Origin: a virus
Strand: one strand, 5' to 3'
Length of the DNA: 64,000 bases
Virus record (IMG/VR): IMGVR_UViG_3300045988_115054
Coordinates: 61,443-125,442 of that record
The translations under genes and the position numbers were made by a program. Shown piece after piece: positions 1-8,598 of the stretch. Within the stretch, counting starts at the first letter, position 1. Every line of letters begins with the position of its first letter. The notes beneath the pieces were generated by a model. The model worked only from the letters and a program-made list of their open reading frames with translations, had not been told where the DNA came from and did not search any database.

Positions 1-1099
1 AGTGCCGTTTATTTTGTGCGATTAATTGTGGAGATAAAATCGGTTTCGGGCATGATTGATCGAATTTATACATTTTTTTGGGAGTAATTTTGTGCAAAGG
101 TTGAGAGGTAGTTTGTGTAGGAATTTACTGGGATTTATGAGGGTGCCGATGGTCAAAATCGTGCTTCGAGAAGAGCCAAAAATCATGTTTCGATAAATTG
201 TGTAAAACTGTGTAAAATCTGATGTGAAAAATATAAGGAATTACTTAGGTTTTTGAGGGCAAAACTTGCATGAAATGGCGCAAAACAAAAACGTGTCGTC
301 GAGAGAATTGGGGAAAATAAAGGGGAAAATGGGGCTGATTTTTTGAAAAAGTGCGATTTTTGAAAGAAGGGGTTCTGAGAGCGTTGAAAAAAGAGTAGTA
401 AAATAAACGATTCGCTCGACGACGCCTCCGAAGACATGTTTTCGATTAGCAGAAAGTGTTTATCTAGGAAAGTGTAGGAAATTGCTTGTGAAAGTGCGGA
501 TTTTATGGCAGGGGGTCGAAAAATTTTTGTTGACACGGTGATTGAACACGTCCTGCCAGAATGACAGTTATTTCCAAAAATGTAAATGTTAACATACCCC
601 CGCTTTTTGATCTGGTGGTATAAAAATTACATGGTTAAAATTGTAAAAATCTATTTGAAATACTACAATTTTATCAAATGAATTTGGTAAATGATTGTAA
701 ATAATTTATAGACAGATCAGGATCAGGAGTGCAGATAATTTCCAACTATTTCCACATAGTATTCAAAACTACATGATAGTGTATCAGATGCTGTATAATA
801 TAATATGGTTTACAACGTGTCGTAGTATTCAAAAATAGGACTACTACTTTGCGACTATTTACACAACACTTGTCTGTTATCCAACACTTTTACATAATGT
901 GTTGGATAGTCTATCCACGCCATCAACACAAAATAAAACTTCACGCCACACCACGCCCACAAACCCACCTATAACTTCACTCTATACAAAACCACCAACC
1001 CATAGCTTTTGTCTATATCACTTGACAGCACCATAAAACCATGCTACACTACTAACCAAAACAAGCGTTCGATGTTTGGCAGACTTCCAGCGTTTGCAA

Positions 1100-1440
1100 T
1101 AATTACACAAATTAAAATATAAACTAAACATATTAATATATAGCAATCATATAAGATCAAACTATCATACATAAATAAATACATATACAAACATAACATG
1201 ATAGTATATCTTATACTATCACGCAAAATTAGATCCAAACTACTATAACTATACAAGTGCATATAATAGTATAACATACAACTATACACCACATATACCT
1301 GTGACATAATATATAGATATAGTACATATACATAATACTATATAATAATACACCTACGGCATAGGCAAGTGTTATACACTATACTATAACATATATACTC
1401 ATATATTATATTAATAATACTGTTATATACGTGTTTCTTC
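1100..1440. repeat. G-depleted low-complexity (ATA/ACA/TATA)n-like tract, non-coding
   Basis: Direct reading shows long runs of atacat/acatat/ataata words with almost no G on the + strand. The only ORF here (minus strand, 1044..1307) translates to Y/L/M-rich nonsense. Confidence 0.5.
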
Positions 1441-1541
1441 TATATTATAAGATCATTCTTTGCATGGTTACATTCTAAAGCATTTAAATGACTGTATAAG
1501 TGCTTATAGGTTTGTAGGTGCATACGGCAGAGTAAACAGTA

Positions 1542-1790
1542 TTATTGATCTTTTTTGCTTATAGTATCTTTCTTATTTAAAGATATAGATAGATTACAAT
1601 CTAAAGCATTTAAAAGCATAAAAAGAGTGTCTAACGTCATGTTTTTACTCCTACCGTTTAAAAGATTGCTTATAGTCTGTTTAGATAATCCCGTTGCAAC
1701 TACTATGTCTTTTTGCTTTAAATTATTATCCAACATATAATGTTTGATTCTTAAAATAAGATCATCTTGATTTTTTACAATATTATACAT
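1542..1790 (-). CDS. XRE-family helix-turn-helix transcriptional repressor (Cro/CI-like)
   Basis: The translation contains a classic HTH, LKQKDIVVATGLSKQTISNLLNG. An AGGAG RBS lies upstream on the minus strand. The gene is divergent from strong + strand promoters. Confidence 0.7.
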   Translation of the reverse strand: MYNIVKNQDDLILRIKHYMLDNNLKQKDIVVATGLSKQTISNLLNGRSKNMTLDTLFMLLNALDCNLSISLNKKDTISKKDQ

Positions 1791-1823
1791 ATAAAATTAC
1801 TCCTAAATTTATTCAAAAAAGTA

Positions 1824-1852
1824 TTGACATAGCAATACTAGTATTGTATAAT
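1824..1852 (+). promoter_or_regulatory. Consensus sigma70 promoter P1 (TTGACA-17-TATAAT) with a palindromic operator in the spacer
   Basis: TTGACA is at 1824-1829, a 17-nt spacer contains the perfect palindrome CAATACTAGTATTG, and TATAAT is at 1847-1852. Confidence 0.6.
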
Positions 1853-1951
1853 TATAACTGTCAAAAGGATAAGACATACAAGTCCAATCCGATTGATATT
1901 ATTATATCACGATTTACTCAAAAAAGTAAATCAAAAAAATTGAAAAAAGTA

Positions 1952-1981
1952 TTGACATAACAATACTAGTCATGATATAAT
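1952..1981 (+). promoter_or_regulatory. Duplicated near-consensus sigma70 promoter P2 (TTGACA-17/18-ATATAAT)
   Basis: About 45 nt including AAAAAAGTATTGACATA and CAATACTAGT are repeated about 128 nt downstream of P1. TTGACA is at 1952-1957 and ATATAAT at 1975-1981. Confidence 0.55.
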
Positions 1982-1989
1982 AAATACAA

Positions 1990-2790
1990 GTTAAAAGAGT
2001 AGCAAAACAAACGATCTTGATTGATCCGCAGAGTTTTAAAATCTCAATTAACTTACAACTTGTAAATTAAGCTTTATAAAAGGAGATGATAAACAATTAT
2101 ACAATTTAATATATTACCTATGATGATATAGGTTACTTAGGCAAAGAAAAAAGACTTGCTAAAGTCGTGATGATTCCAGCAAGCCTTTAAAGATATAAGA
2201 TATACCTTTACTTCGCAACTAAAGTATATCAGATATTATTCTTTATTGTCAATAATTCTTTTGACAATCTCCCACGAACGGCGAAAAATTGAATGATTTC
2301 AGTCCTTTATCATGATAGGATTGTATACCCTAGATAACGGAGGGTAAAGCTTCCAGGGTATACATAGAAGCACTATAAAAAGTGTAAACGTGATGAGTAA
2401 ACGCCGTGTGGCAGAGTAGGGAATAAACCGCAATCATAGGATAACGGGTAAAGGGTACGACTGGCAAACCTTCATATATTTGTTATATGTGAAGTTAACA
2501 ACTTAACATTGAACGGATCTAAACTTAAGGGTATCATTTTTTGATACTCTGTTTTTTTGAATTAAAACATCAAAACCCAAAGATTAACAATGATTCAACC
2601 AGTGATCTACTGGTTAAGATATCATAATTCTTTTATAGGTCGATGATGGGGTACAAATTAACGCCTTGCATGGTATGCACTCGAAAGACAAGCCACTGTC
2701 CATGACACTGTTATTTGTATCCATTCATGAACTTATAACTGAAAAATCCAGTCTTGAAAAGCTGGTCGTAGTATAAGGAGGTAAACAACT
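1990..2790 (+). other. Long (~800 nt) untranslated, hairpin-rich leader or candidate structured ncRNA downstream of the tandem promoters
   Basis: There is no ORF of 60 aa or more in any frame. Many inverted repeats are visible: CCTATGATGATATAGG, ATTGTCAATAATTCTTTTGACAAT, TGTATACCCT...AGGGTATACA and AACCAGTGATCTACTGGTT. GATAACGG(A)GGGTAAAG is duplicated. Confidence 0.3.
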
Positions 2791-3477
2791 ATGAATAATA
2801 ATTTTATGCCAATTGTTGAAAAAATCTGTTCTTTCCCACCTTCAGCACTAGATCGCACAGAAGAAGATGGTAAAGAACTGTTAAATCTTTGTAGAACATT
2901 GATGGACATGGTTAATATTCCATCAAATGCAGAAATCTATGAGATCCCTTTGATGAAAAACAATCAAGTTGTAATTTATTTCTTCTTAGAAAATGATGAT
3001 GAGAAAGAGTATTGTCTTAATGCTGGTCATTGGTTAGATGATACAATTTCCATGAAGCTAGAAGCATATGGGAAAGAAACGCATGAATACGATATTGAAA
3101 TGTATACAGCATTTGAATCTTTGCCATTAGATTATTTTGAGAATCATGAAAAAGAAAGTGAAAACACAAAAGTTGTAAGATTGTTTGAAAACAAATTAAA
3201 CAATGAAGGATCTTTATTTTTAAGTCCTTCAGAAAAAAGAAATATCGGTAGAGTAGGTGTAAAAGCCTACTACGGTATGTTGGAAGTATATAAAGCATAC
3301 AGCCCATATACAAGAAACGTGTATGGTGTTAGCTTTACACAAAATGAGTATATAAAATTTATGTACTCTGAAAATAACATTGGCAATTGTGAACATTGCC
3401 CGGAGAATAACGGCGGTAAAGGTTTACACCCTTGCAATCAACCGAATTGTTGGGTATCTTGCCATTGTAACCAGTAA
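2791..3477 (+). CDS. hypothetical early protein with a Cys/His-rich C-terminus
   Basis: A strong AAGGAGGT RBS lies 7 nt upstream. This is a 228-aa ORF. The C-terminus reads NCEHCPENNGGKGLHPCNQPNCWVSCHC. Confidence 0.6.
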   Translation: MNNNFMPIVEKICSFPPSALDRTEEDGKELLNLCRTLMDMVNIPSNAEIYEIPLMKNNQVVIYFFLENDDEKEYCLNAGHWLDDTISMKLEAYGKETHEYDIEMYTAFESLPLDYFENHEKESENTKVVRLFENKLNNEGSLFLSPSEKRNIGRVGVKAYYGMLEVYKAYSPYTRNVYGVSFTQNEYIKFMYSENNIGNCEHCPENNGGKGLHPCNQPNCWVSCHCNQ

Positions 3478-3585
3478 ACCAAAGGCACGATCTAAAAAAG
3501 ATTGTGTCTTTTTTATTACAAGTAAACAAAATCCCGCTTTTATAGAAATGTAAGTCGGGTATCTAAAGAAAGAAGGTATATTATT

Positions 3586-4524
3586 ATGATGATGAATAAG
3601 GCAAATGAAGCAAAAGCAAGAAATCTTGTAGAAGAATATCTTGTAAAAAATGATGATATTGAATCATTTGAAGAATTCATGGAAGAATTATACAAAGATC
3701 CCAACATGATGATCGATAATTTAGAATGGCGTGCTAACGGAGGAATCATGAGAGATGAAACACTTCCAGGTGGCTACAGTGATGCTTGCAAACAGATTTT
3801 AGAAATTGTTAGATATTCAAATATGAATATTAAAGAAATTGAATCATTAACATATGATGAAGTAAAAAACATAGCACTTGATCATATAGTAATCAAGGAC
3901 CATGATTGTTTCTTTGTTGATTTAGGAAAATACTTTGGATATTCAGTTCTTATTTTTAAGAACAAAAAACATATTTATTATGCTAATGATTATCAGTTGC
4001 ATCATCCAGCAACCAACATTCAAGAATTAAGAAAACGATACATAGAACGCTTAAATGAGTCACTATTTTTGGATAGTGACTTTTTGTTTCCAGTGTCAAC
4101 ATATGATGACTATCAACGTAAGAATAACTATCTTTTGAATTATTACTCACAAAGATATGATTCTTTGTCAATGTATTATTGCGGTTTTACACCTGATAAA
4201 AAGAAAGAAGCTGAGTTTAAAAAACTAAAGAAAGAATACAAATATTTTTCAACTGTATGCTTCTGTTACTTTAAAGATAAAAAAATAGTTGATACATTGG
4301 CAAAATATAAACAGATTTTAGAAGATTCATTTTCAGAAATGAAAAAAACAGATGATGAATTCAGAAAGATGATTCGAAAAGAACTTGCTAATCATGAATT
4401 TTGTATCATGCAAGATCCAACTGATACATTGGATAGTTTAGGATTAACCAGGGATGAATTATCTTATAATCAAGAAATGATCTTGCAAGAAGAAATGAAA
4501 AGAAATGTGGAAATGTATTACTAA
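3586..4524 (+). CDS. hypothetical protein
   Basis: This is a 312-aa ORF. An AGAAAGAAGGTA RBS motif upstream is shared with neighbouring genes. Confidence 0.55.
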   Translation: MMMNKANEAKARNLVEEYLVKNDDIESFEEFMEELYKDPNMMIDNLEWRANGGIMRDETLPGGYSDACKQILEIVRYSNMNIKEIESLTYDEVKNIALDHIVIKDHDCFFVDLGKYFGYSVLIFKNKKHIYYANDYQLHHPATNIQELRKRYIERLNESLFLDSDFLFPVSTYDDYQRKNNYLLNYYSQRYDSLSMYYCGFTPDKKKEAEFKKLKKEYKYFSTVCFCYFKDKKIVDTLAKYKQILEDSFSEMKKTDDEFRKMIRKELANHEFCIMQDPTDTLDSLGLTRDELSYNQEMILQEEMKRNVEMYY

Positions 4525-4544
4525 GAATAGAAAGAAGGTATATT

Positions 4545-4943
4545 ATGAGTTGCACATATAATAAAGAAATTAATGAAAAGATCAAAAATTATCTAACAGA
4601 ATCAATTGTAGATTGGTTAGAAGCTAATGAATATGATAAAAAGGACTGTGAAAACAGTCCTTTTTTAACATATTGGAACATCATTAAATCAGAAATTAAC
4701 GGCGGTATTTATGACAAATACACTAATTTTGAAAAATGGAAACATTTCCACATGGGTTTACGTGGGTTTGGTGCTGATATTTATTGTCGATATAAAGATG
4801 ATGAACGAGTATCAAGTATTATTATGAAAGACTGGACTGGTAGAGAAGTTATTGACGTAGAAAAAACAGCAAACACAATGGACTATCTTTGTTTTAGGGA
4901 GTTTAGAAAGCTACTTGAGAAAGAAAGTAATGTGATCATTTAG
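4545..4943 (+). CDS. hypothetical protein
   Basis: This is a 132-aa ORF with a GAAAGAAGG RBS, tightly packed on the + strand. Confidence 0.5.
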   Translation: MSCTYNKEINEKIKNYLTESIVDWLEANEYDKKDCENSPFLTYWNIIKSEINGGIYDKYTNFEKWKHFHMGLRGFGADIYCRYKDDERVSSIIMKDWTGREVIDVEKTANTMDYLCFREFRKLLEKESNVII

Positions 4944-4956
4944 GGGGTTATCAATC

Positions 4957-5172
4957 ATGAAAATAATACATACAAATAACGGTGGTTTATTTACAATTAA
5001 AAAAACACAAAACGGAATTTTTGTAGAAGGGTTTGGTGGTGCCGATAATGAAATGTGCATACCAGATCATGAAATAGTAATGTTATTAAATTACTATCAT
5101 AATTGCAAAGAAGGGTTGGAATCACAAGATTATATTAACGATAAACCATACACACTAAAAGATATTGAATAA
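4957..5172 (+). CDS. hypothetical small protein
   Basis: This is a 71-aa ORF with a GGGGGT purine-rich RBS. Confidence 0.45.
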   Translation: MKIIHTNNGGLFTIKKTQNGIFVEGFGGADNEMCIPDHEIVMLLNYYHNCKEGLESQDYINDKPYTLKDIE

Positions 5173-5188
5173 AAGGAGTGTTTGAACT

Positions 5189-5551
5189 ATGGAACAATAT
5201 TTATATGCTGATGAATATGATGACAATGAGATTAAAATTCTAACGGTTGGACAACTGTTAGAATTTTTTAATAAATCGGATGATAAAAAGAACGGTTCAA
5301 GTTTAGATGATTATATTCAAGATAATATAAGAATGGATCTTATTGAAGCGTTCTGCCCACATAAAGAAGCAGAAACGGTTGTATGTGATTTACAACCATT
5401 AGCAAAACAGTATATCTTGCAAGAAGCTGAGAAGGTTTTTAATGGTATGCCGTGGGTAGATACTCAAGAAGAACTGGATAACGTGTATCATGAGAAAATC
5501 AAGAACTTATATGATACAGTTGATTTTTCAGAGTTTGTAGCATATTTATAG
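5189..5551 (+). CDS. hypothetical acidic protein
   Basis: This is a 120-aa ORF with an AAGGAG RBS. Confidence 0.5.
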   Translation: MEQYLYADEYDDNEIKILTVGQLLEFFNKSDDKKNGSSLDDYIQDNIRMDLIEAFCPHKEAETVVCDLQPLAKQYILQEAEKVFNGMPWVDTQEELDNVYHEKIKNLYDTVDFSEFVAYL

Positions 5552-5563
5552 ATTGAATATTAT

Positions 5564-5596
5564 AGACAAGTCAAAACATGACTTGTCTATTTTGTT
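5564..5596 (+). terminator. rho-independent terminator
   Basis: A 9-bp stem, AGACAAGTC-aaaacat-GACTTGTCT, is followed by ATTTTGTT. Confidence 0.6.
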
Positions 5597-5644
5597 GAAC
5601 TTATAAATATTTAAAGTCCCGTAAAGGGCAGAAAGAAGGATATT

Positions 5645-5896
5645 ATGAGAAAATATAGAGTGATTTTCGGTTATTATAGCGAACTTGTAGAACTTGACGA
5701 ACCTACAACGGATTATGGTGCAATCTTAGATCTTGCGATCGATCAACTAGAATCTGATGGAAATATGGGTGTATTTGTTTCAGATGATGACATAGAACGT
5801 GATGGAATCAATGATGATATGTATATTACTGGTGGAAATCACGGACTCAACTTATATCATGGTGGTAATTTTATGATAGAAAGAGTTAATGAGTAA
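5645..5896 (+). CDS. hypothetical protein
   Basis: This is an 83-aa ORF. It is preceded by a conserved about 40-nt 5' UTR element (see findings). Confidence 0.45.
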   Translation: MRKYRVIFGYYSELVELDEPTTDYGAILDLAIDQLESDGNMGVFVSDDDIERDGINDDMYITGGNHGLNLYHGGNFMIERVNE

Positions 5897-5913
5897 AGAA
5901 AGAAGGAAGAATA

Positions 5914-6108
5914 ATGGAAAATAAGACACAACTACATAAACCAAAACTAACAGATATAGCAGTTGCGATTGTATGGATTGTAACGGTTATTGTTACGTTT
6001 ATAAGAATACCGCAAGCCTTCATTTTAGAAGCATTATTGGTAATGATTACCGCTGTCTATATGCTTGCTTGCGTTGGATTTTTTGATGATACAGATATAG
6101 AAGAATAG
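5914..6108 (+). CDS. small hydrophobic (membrane) protein
   Basis: This is a 64-aa ORF with a GAAAGAAGGAAG RBS. It carries two hydrophobic stretches. Confidence 0.45.
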   Translation: MENKTQLHKPKLTDIAVAIVWIVTVIVTFIRIPQAFILEALLVMITAVYMLACVGFFDDTDIEE

Positions 6109-6128
6109 GAAAGAAGGTACAGAACGCA

Positions 6129-6734
6129 ATGAAAACAAAACAGAATAAAACAATCAAGATCCTATTAGCTGTAGCATTTATGTTTACAGCTTTTTTAATG
6201 CTGGAAAATACTATACACGCAAAGACAAAAAACACGTGCAGAACTATAAACGGTATTTATAACAGTGACGGTACAATTGATACAGCAGATGGTCATTGCT
6301 GGAAAGTTCGTAAGGAATCATATGCCTATCCAGGGACTACACTCGTAACTGTAAAATTTAACACACACGGCACTAGAAACAAGCTCGATGATTCTATTGT
6401 AAAGATCAATGCAAAGAACAGAAATATTCAGCTTGTAAACGATTATATACGACATGAATACGATCTAAATGCCTATAAGGTAAAGTATATCAGCACTGGA
6501 AAACTAACGGATAAAATGATTCGTGAACGTGCTACACGGCATACTATTTATGTGGAAATTATTAAAAGTGTTTCTGCCGGAGGTAGTCATGGAACGTATG
6601 GAAAAGGTTACTACCTTGCGTATAACAAACGTGTAAGAAAAGGAAAGCACGTGACAAGTTATTGTGTATGGAATCCTTGTAATAGTTACTGTGATGATAT
6701 AGAAGCGATCGCAGATAATGGAAAAATCAGATAA
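6129..6734 (+). CDS. secreted protein with a Sec signal peptide, function unknown
   Basis: The N-terminus MKTKQNKTIKILLAVAFMFTAFLMLENTIHA-KTK has a basic n-region, a hydrophobic h-region and an AXA-like cleavage site. The C-terminal part is Cys-rich. Confidence 0.55.
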   Translation: MKTKQNKTIKILLAVAFMFTAFLMLENTIHAKTKNTCRTINGIYNSDGTIDTADGHCWKVRKESYAYPGTTLVTVKFNTHGTRNKLDDSIVKINAKNRNIQLVNDYIRHEYDLNAYKVKYISTGKLTDKMIRERATRHTIYVEIIKSVSAGGSHGTYGKGYYLAYNKRVRKGKHVTSYCVWNPCNSYCDDIEAIADNGKIR

Positions 6735-6752
6735 AAAGAAGGTTAGAACGAC

Positions 6753-6947
6753 ATGACAACTGTTACTATTTATAGAAACAAAAGGAACAAAAATAAATAT
6801 ATAGAAGTCCATAACGATGGATACTATCATAATTCCATTAAACAGTTTATGCAATGGAAGAAAGATCGCAATGGAAATCAGCTTGCCAAACCGATTAGAA
6901 ATGAAATGGGTGATCGAGTGTTACATAGATGGAAAAAGCAAACTTGA
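6753..6947 (+). CDS. hypothetical basic small protein
   Basis: This is a 64-aa ORF with an AAAAGAAGG RBS. Confidence 0.4.
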   Translation: MTTVTIYRNKRNKNKYIEVHNDGYYHNSIKQFMQWKKDRNGNQLAKPIRNEMGDRVLHRWKKQT

Positions 6948-7002
6948 TGACGTTACTAGAAGATTATGAACTGATTACAGCATAGAAAGAAGGTATGGAC
7001 CT

Positions 7003-7242
7003 ATGAAAAATAAAAGTATTGTTTCAGTATTCGACGCAACTAAAGGAGAATTTACAGAAGAAAAAATGTATTATTTACCACCAAAAAAAGCACTTATTTG
7101 CGAAATAATGCAACGAAAAGGAAATTATAATACAAGTAATTATCCAAAAAATTTAGATGGAATTTATAAGTCAAAAGTAATTAAAGATCGTTTATTATAC
7201 GATTTTTCAGAAAATATTATCTTATATAGTCAAGGAATGTAA
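7003..7242 (+). CDS. hypothetical protein
   Basis: This is a 79-aa ORF with a GAAAGAAGGTA RBS. Confidence 0.45.
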   Translation: MKNKSIVSVFDATKGEFTEEKMYYLPPKKALICEIMQRKGNYNTSNYPKNLDGIYKSKVIKDRLLYDFSENIILYSQGM

Positions 7243-7262
7243 TAAAGGAAGGTGTATATCAA

Positions 7263-7535
7263 ATGGAAATTTTAAAAATGACAAGAACAAACATGGTAGT
7301 GATTCAGACAGTAGAAAAGGAAGAACGAAACACTTTTGATATTGGAAAAATCAGAGTCGCCGCCTTGCCACCGATAGCAAAGAAAGATCTTATCGCAGAA
7401 CTTAAAAGTAAAGGCTTCTGCGATGGAATGATTCATACAGCTTTACAATGTAAGTTAGAAGATCTGAACGGATATGTGAACGTGTGGAAATATGTAGCAT
7501 ATATCCTTGCTGTAGAACTGATGGAAAGATTATAA
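7263..7535 (+). CDS. hypothetical protein
   Basis: This is a 90-aa ORF with an AAGGAAGG RBS. Confidence 0.45.
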   Translation: MEILKMTRTNMVVIQTVEKEERNTFDIGKIRVAALPPIAKKDLIAELKSKGFCDGMIHTALQCKLEDLNGYVNVWKYVAYILAVELMERL

Positions 7536-7686
7536 GAAATGATTAGGTTTAAATTTAAGGATCGTAACGGAAAGATTTTGTTCTATACGTTTGATTCAGT
7601 TAGTGAAGCTAGACATTTTGCAAAAGAAAACTTCTTGCATTTCTTAGGAATATGGATACGACTGTTTTAGAAGGAAGGTGGAAATT

Positions 7687-7863
7687 ATGATCGTAAAAAA
7701 TACTTATTCCGATGGTAGAACAGAAATTTTTTGTAATACACCTGATGAATACAATGACTTATGCTGTGAGTACGATCTTGAAGATTGCGGTATGAGTGGA
7801 AAATACGTTGGATCTAGTTGGAGCCACGATGATAAGAACAATGTAGATGTTTATTATAGATAG
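7687..7863 (+). CDS. hypothetical small protein
   Basis: The ATG follows the conserved GAAGGTGGAAATT RBS block. The ORF track started at an in-RBS GTG at 7678. Confidence 0.4.
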   Translation: MIVKNTYSDGRTEIFCNTPDEYNDLCCEYDLEDCGMSGKYVGSSWSHDDKNNVDVYYR

Positions 7864-7879
7864 AAAGTAGGTGGAAATT

Positions 7880-8035
7880 ATGTGGTACTCATTAGAAAAC
7901 GGAAAAGATTGTTGCTTAGGTGTGAAATACACATTGAATGATGCAGAACTAGAAGCACGGAATAATCCAATGATAAAAGAAATTTTTGAATATGATAATA
8001 ACGATGAATTAATTGGTTGTGTATGGTCAAGAAAG
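7880..8035 (+). CDS. hypothetical small protein (51 aa)
   Basis: An AGTAGGTGGAAATTATG initiation region precedes the ORF. It falls below the ORF-track size cutoff but is in frame through to a TAG. Confidence 0.35.
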
Positions 8036-8047
8036 TAGGTGGAAAGA

Positions 8048-8302
8048 ATGAGTAAAAGAACAACTATGGAATCATTAGCGTGTCATGTAGAACGAAAGTA
8101 CAACACACTGTACTTTACGGAAAATCATCCGAACGCTGGAATTGATGATAGCTTGCATGGATATAGATATTTCTTATTATATAAGAATACGTTCGGAATT
8201 TTTCGGAAATATAGAACGCAAGAAGAAGCAATTAACGGCATGACGGAAATTTTAAGAGAAGATCCAACTAATCTATTCAATTTCTCTATGTGTCGTGCAT
8301 AG
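8048..8302 (+). CDS. hypothetical protein
   Basis: A GTAGGTGGAAAGAATG RBS and start open an 85-aa ORF. Confidence 0.45.
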   Translation: MSKRTTMESLACHVERKYNTLYFTENHPNAGIDDSLHGYRYFLLYKNTFGIFRKYRTQEEAINGMTEILREDPTNLFNFSMCRA

Positions 8303-8516
8303 CTTATTACATAGCCAATTAAAGGCTTTTACTGTCTGTAATGAAGCAGACTACACCTTAACGGAAAGACTCGACTATTGAAGCTAATAGTTACGTTAAA
8401 TGAACGGAATGACTGTACTACTGATTGCTAGTAGTGACGTATTGGAACGGAAAAACGGTGGCGTATGGTAGATAAAAGAGTGCTTTTATCAGGCGGTTCA
8501 ATTCCGCCCTCGCTAC

Positions 8517-8545
8517 TTCACACGATGGAAATTATCGTGTATAAT
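8517..8545 (+). promoter_or_regulatory. sigma70-like promoter (TTCACA-17-TATAAT)
   Basis: TTCACA is at 8517-8522, and a 17-nt spacer contains the hairpin ACACGATGGAAATTATCGTGT. TATAAT is at 8540-8545. Confidence 0.45.
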
Positions 8546-8598
8546 ATAAGAGAATTGTTAATATTTTAAAGTCCTAAATAGGCAGAAAGAAGGAAATT

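Noticed and set aside
183-536. 117-aa minus-strand ORF in the leftmost region
   Set aside because: The translation is low-complexity (S/F/L/K-rich) with no RBS, and it lies in a region with extreme compositional skew. This is most likely a chance ORF in non-coding DNA.
1044-1307. 87-aa minus-strand ORF inside the (ATA/ACA)n tract
   Set aside because: The product is Y/L/M/I-rich nonsense generated by the simple-sequence tract. There is no initiation signal.
3017-3313. Numerous minus-strand ORFs overlapping + strand genes (for example 3017..3313, 6504..6854, 20388..20876, 27712..28077, 31807..32391, 53451..53900)
   Set aside because: They lie antisense to well-supported + strand genes, lack RBSs and have low-complexity translations typical of shadow ORFs in AT-rich DNA.
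8431-8516. Full-length tRNA (86 nt, long variable arm) between 8431 and 8516
   Set aside because: Only the T arm and acceptor strands pair. No D arm or 7-nt anticodon loop can be drawn, and the middle hairpin has a 4-nt loop. It was retained only as a tRNA 3'-fragment-like motif.
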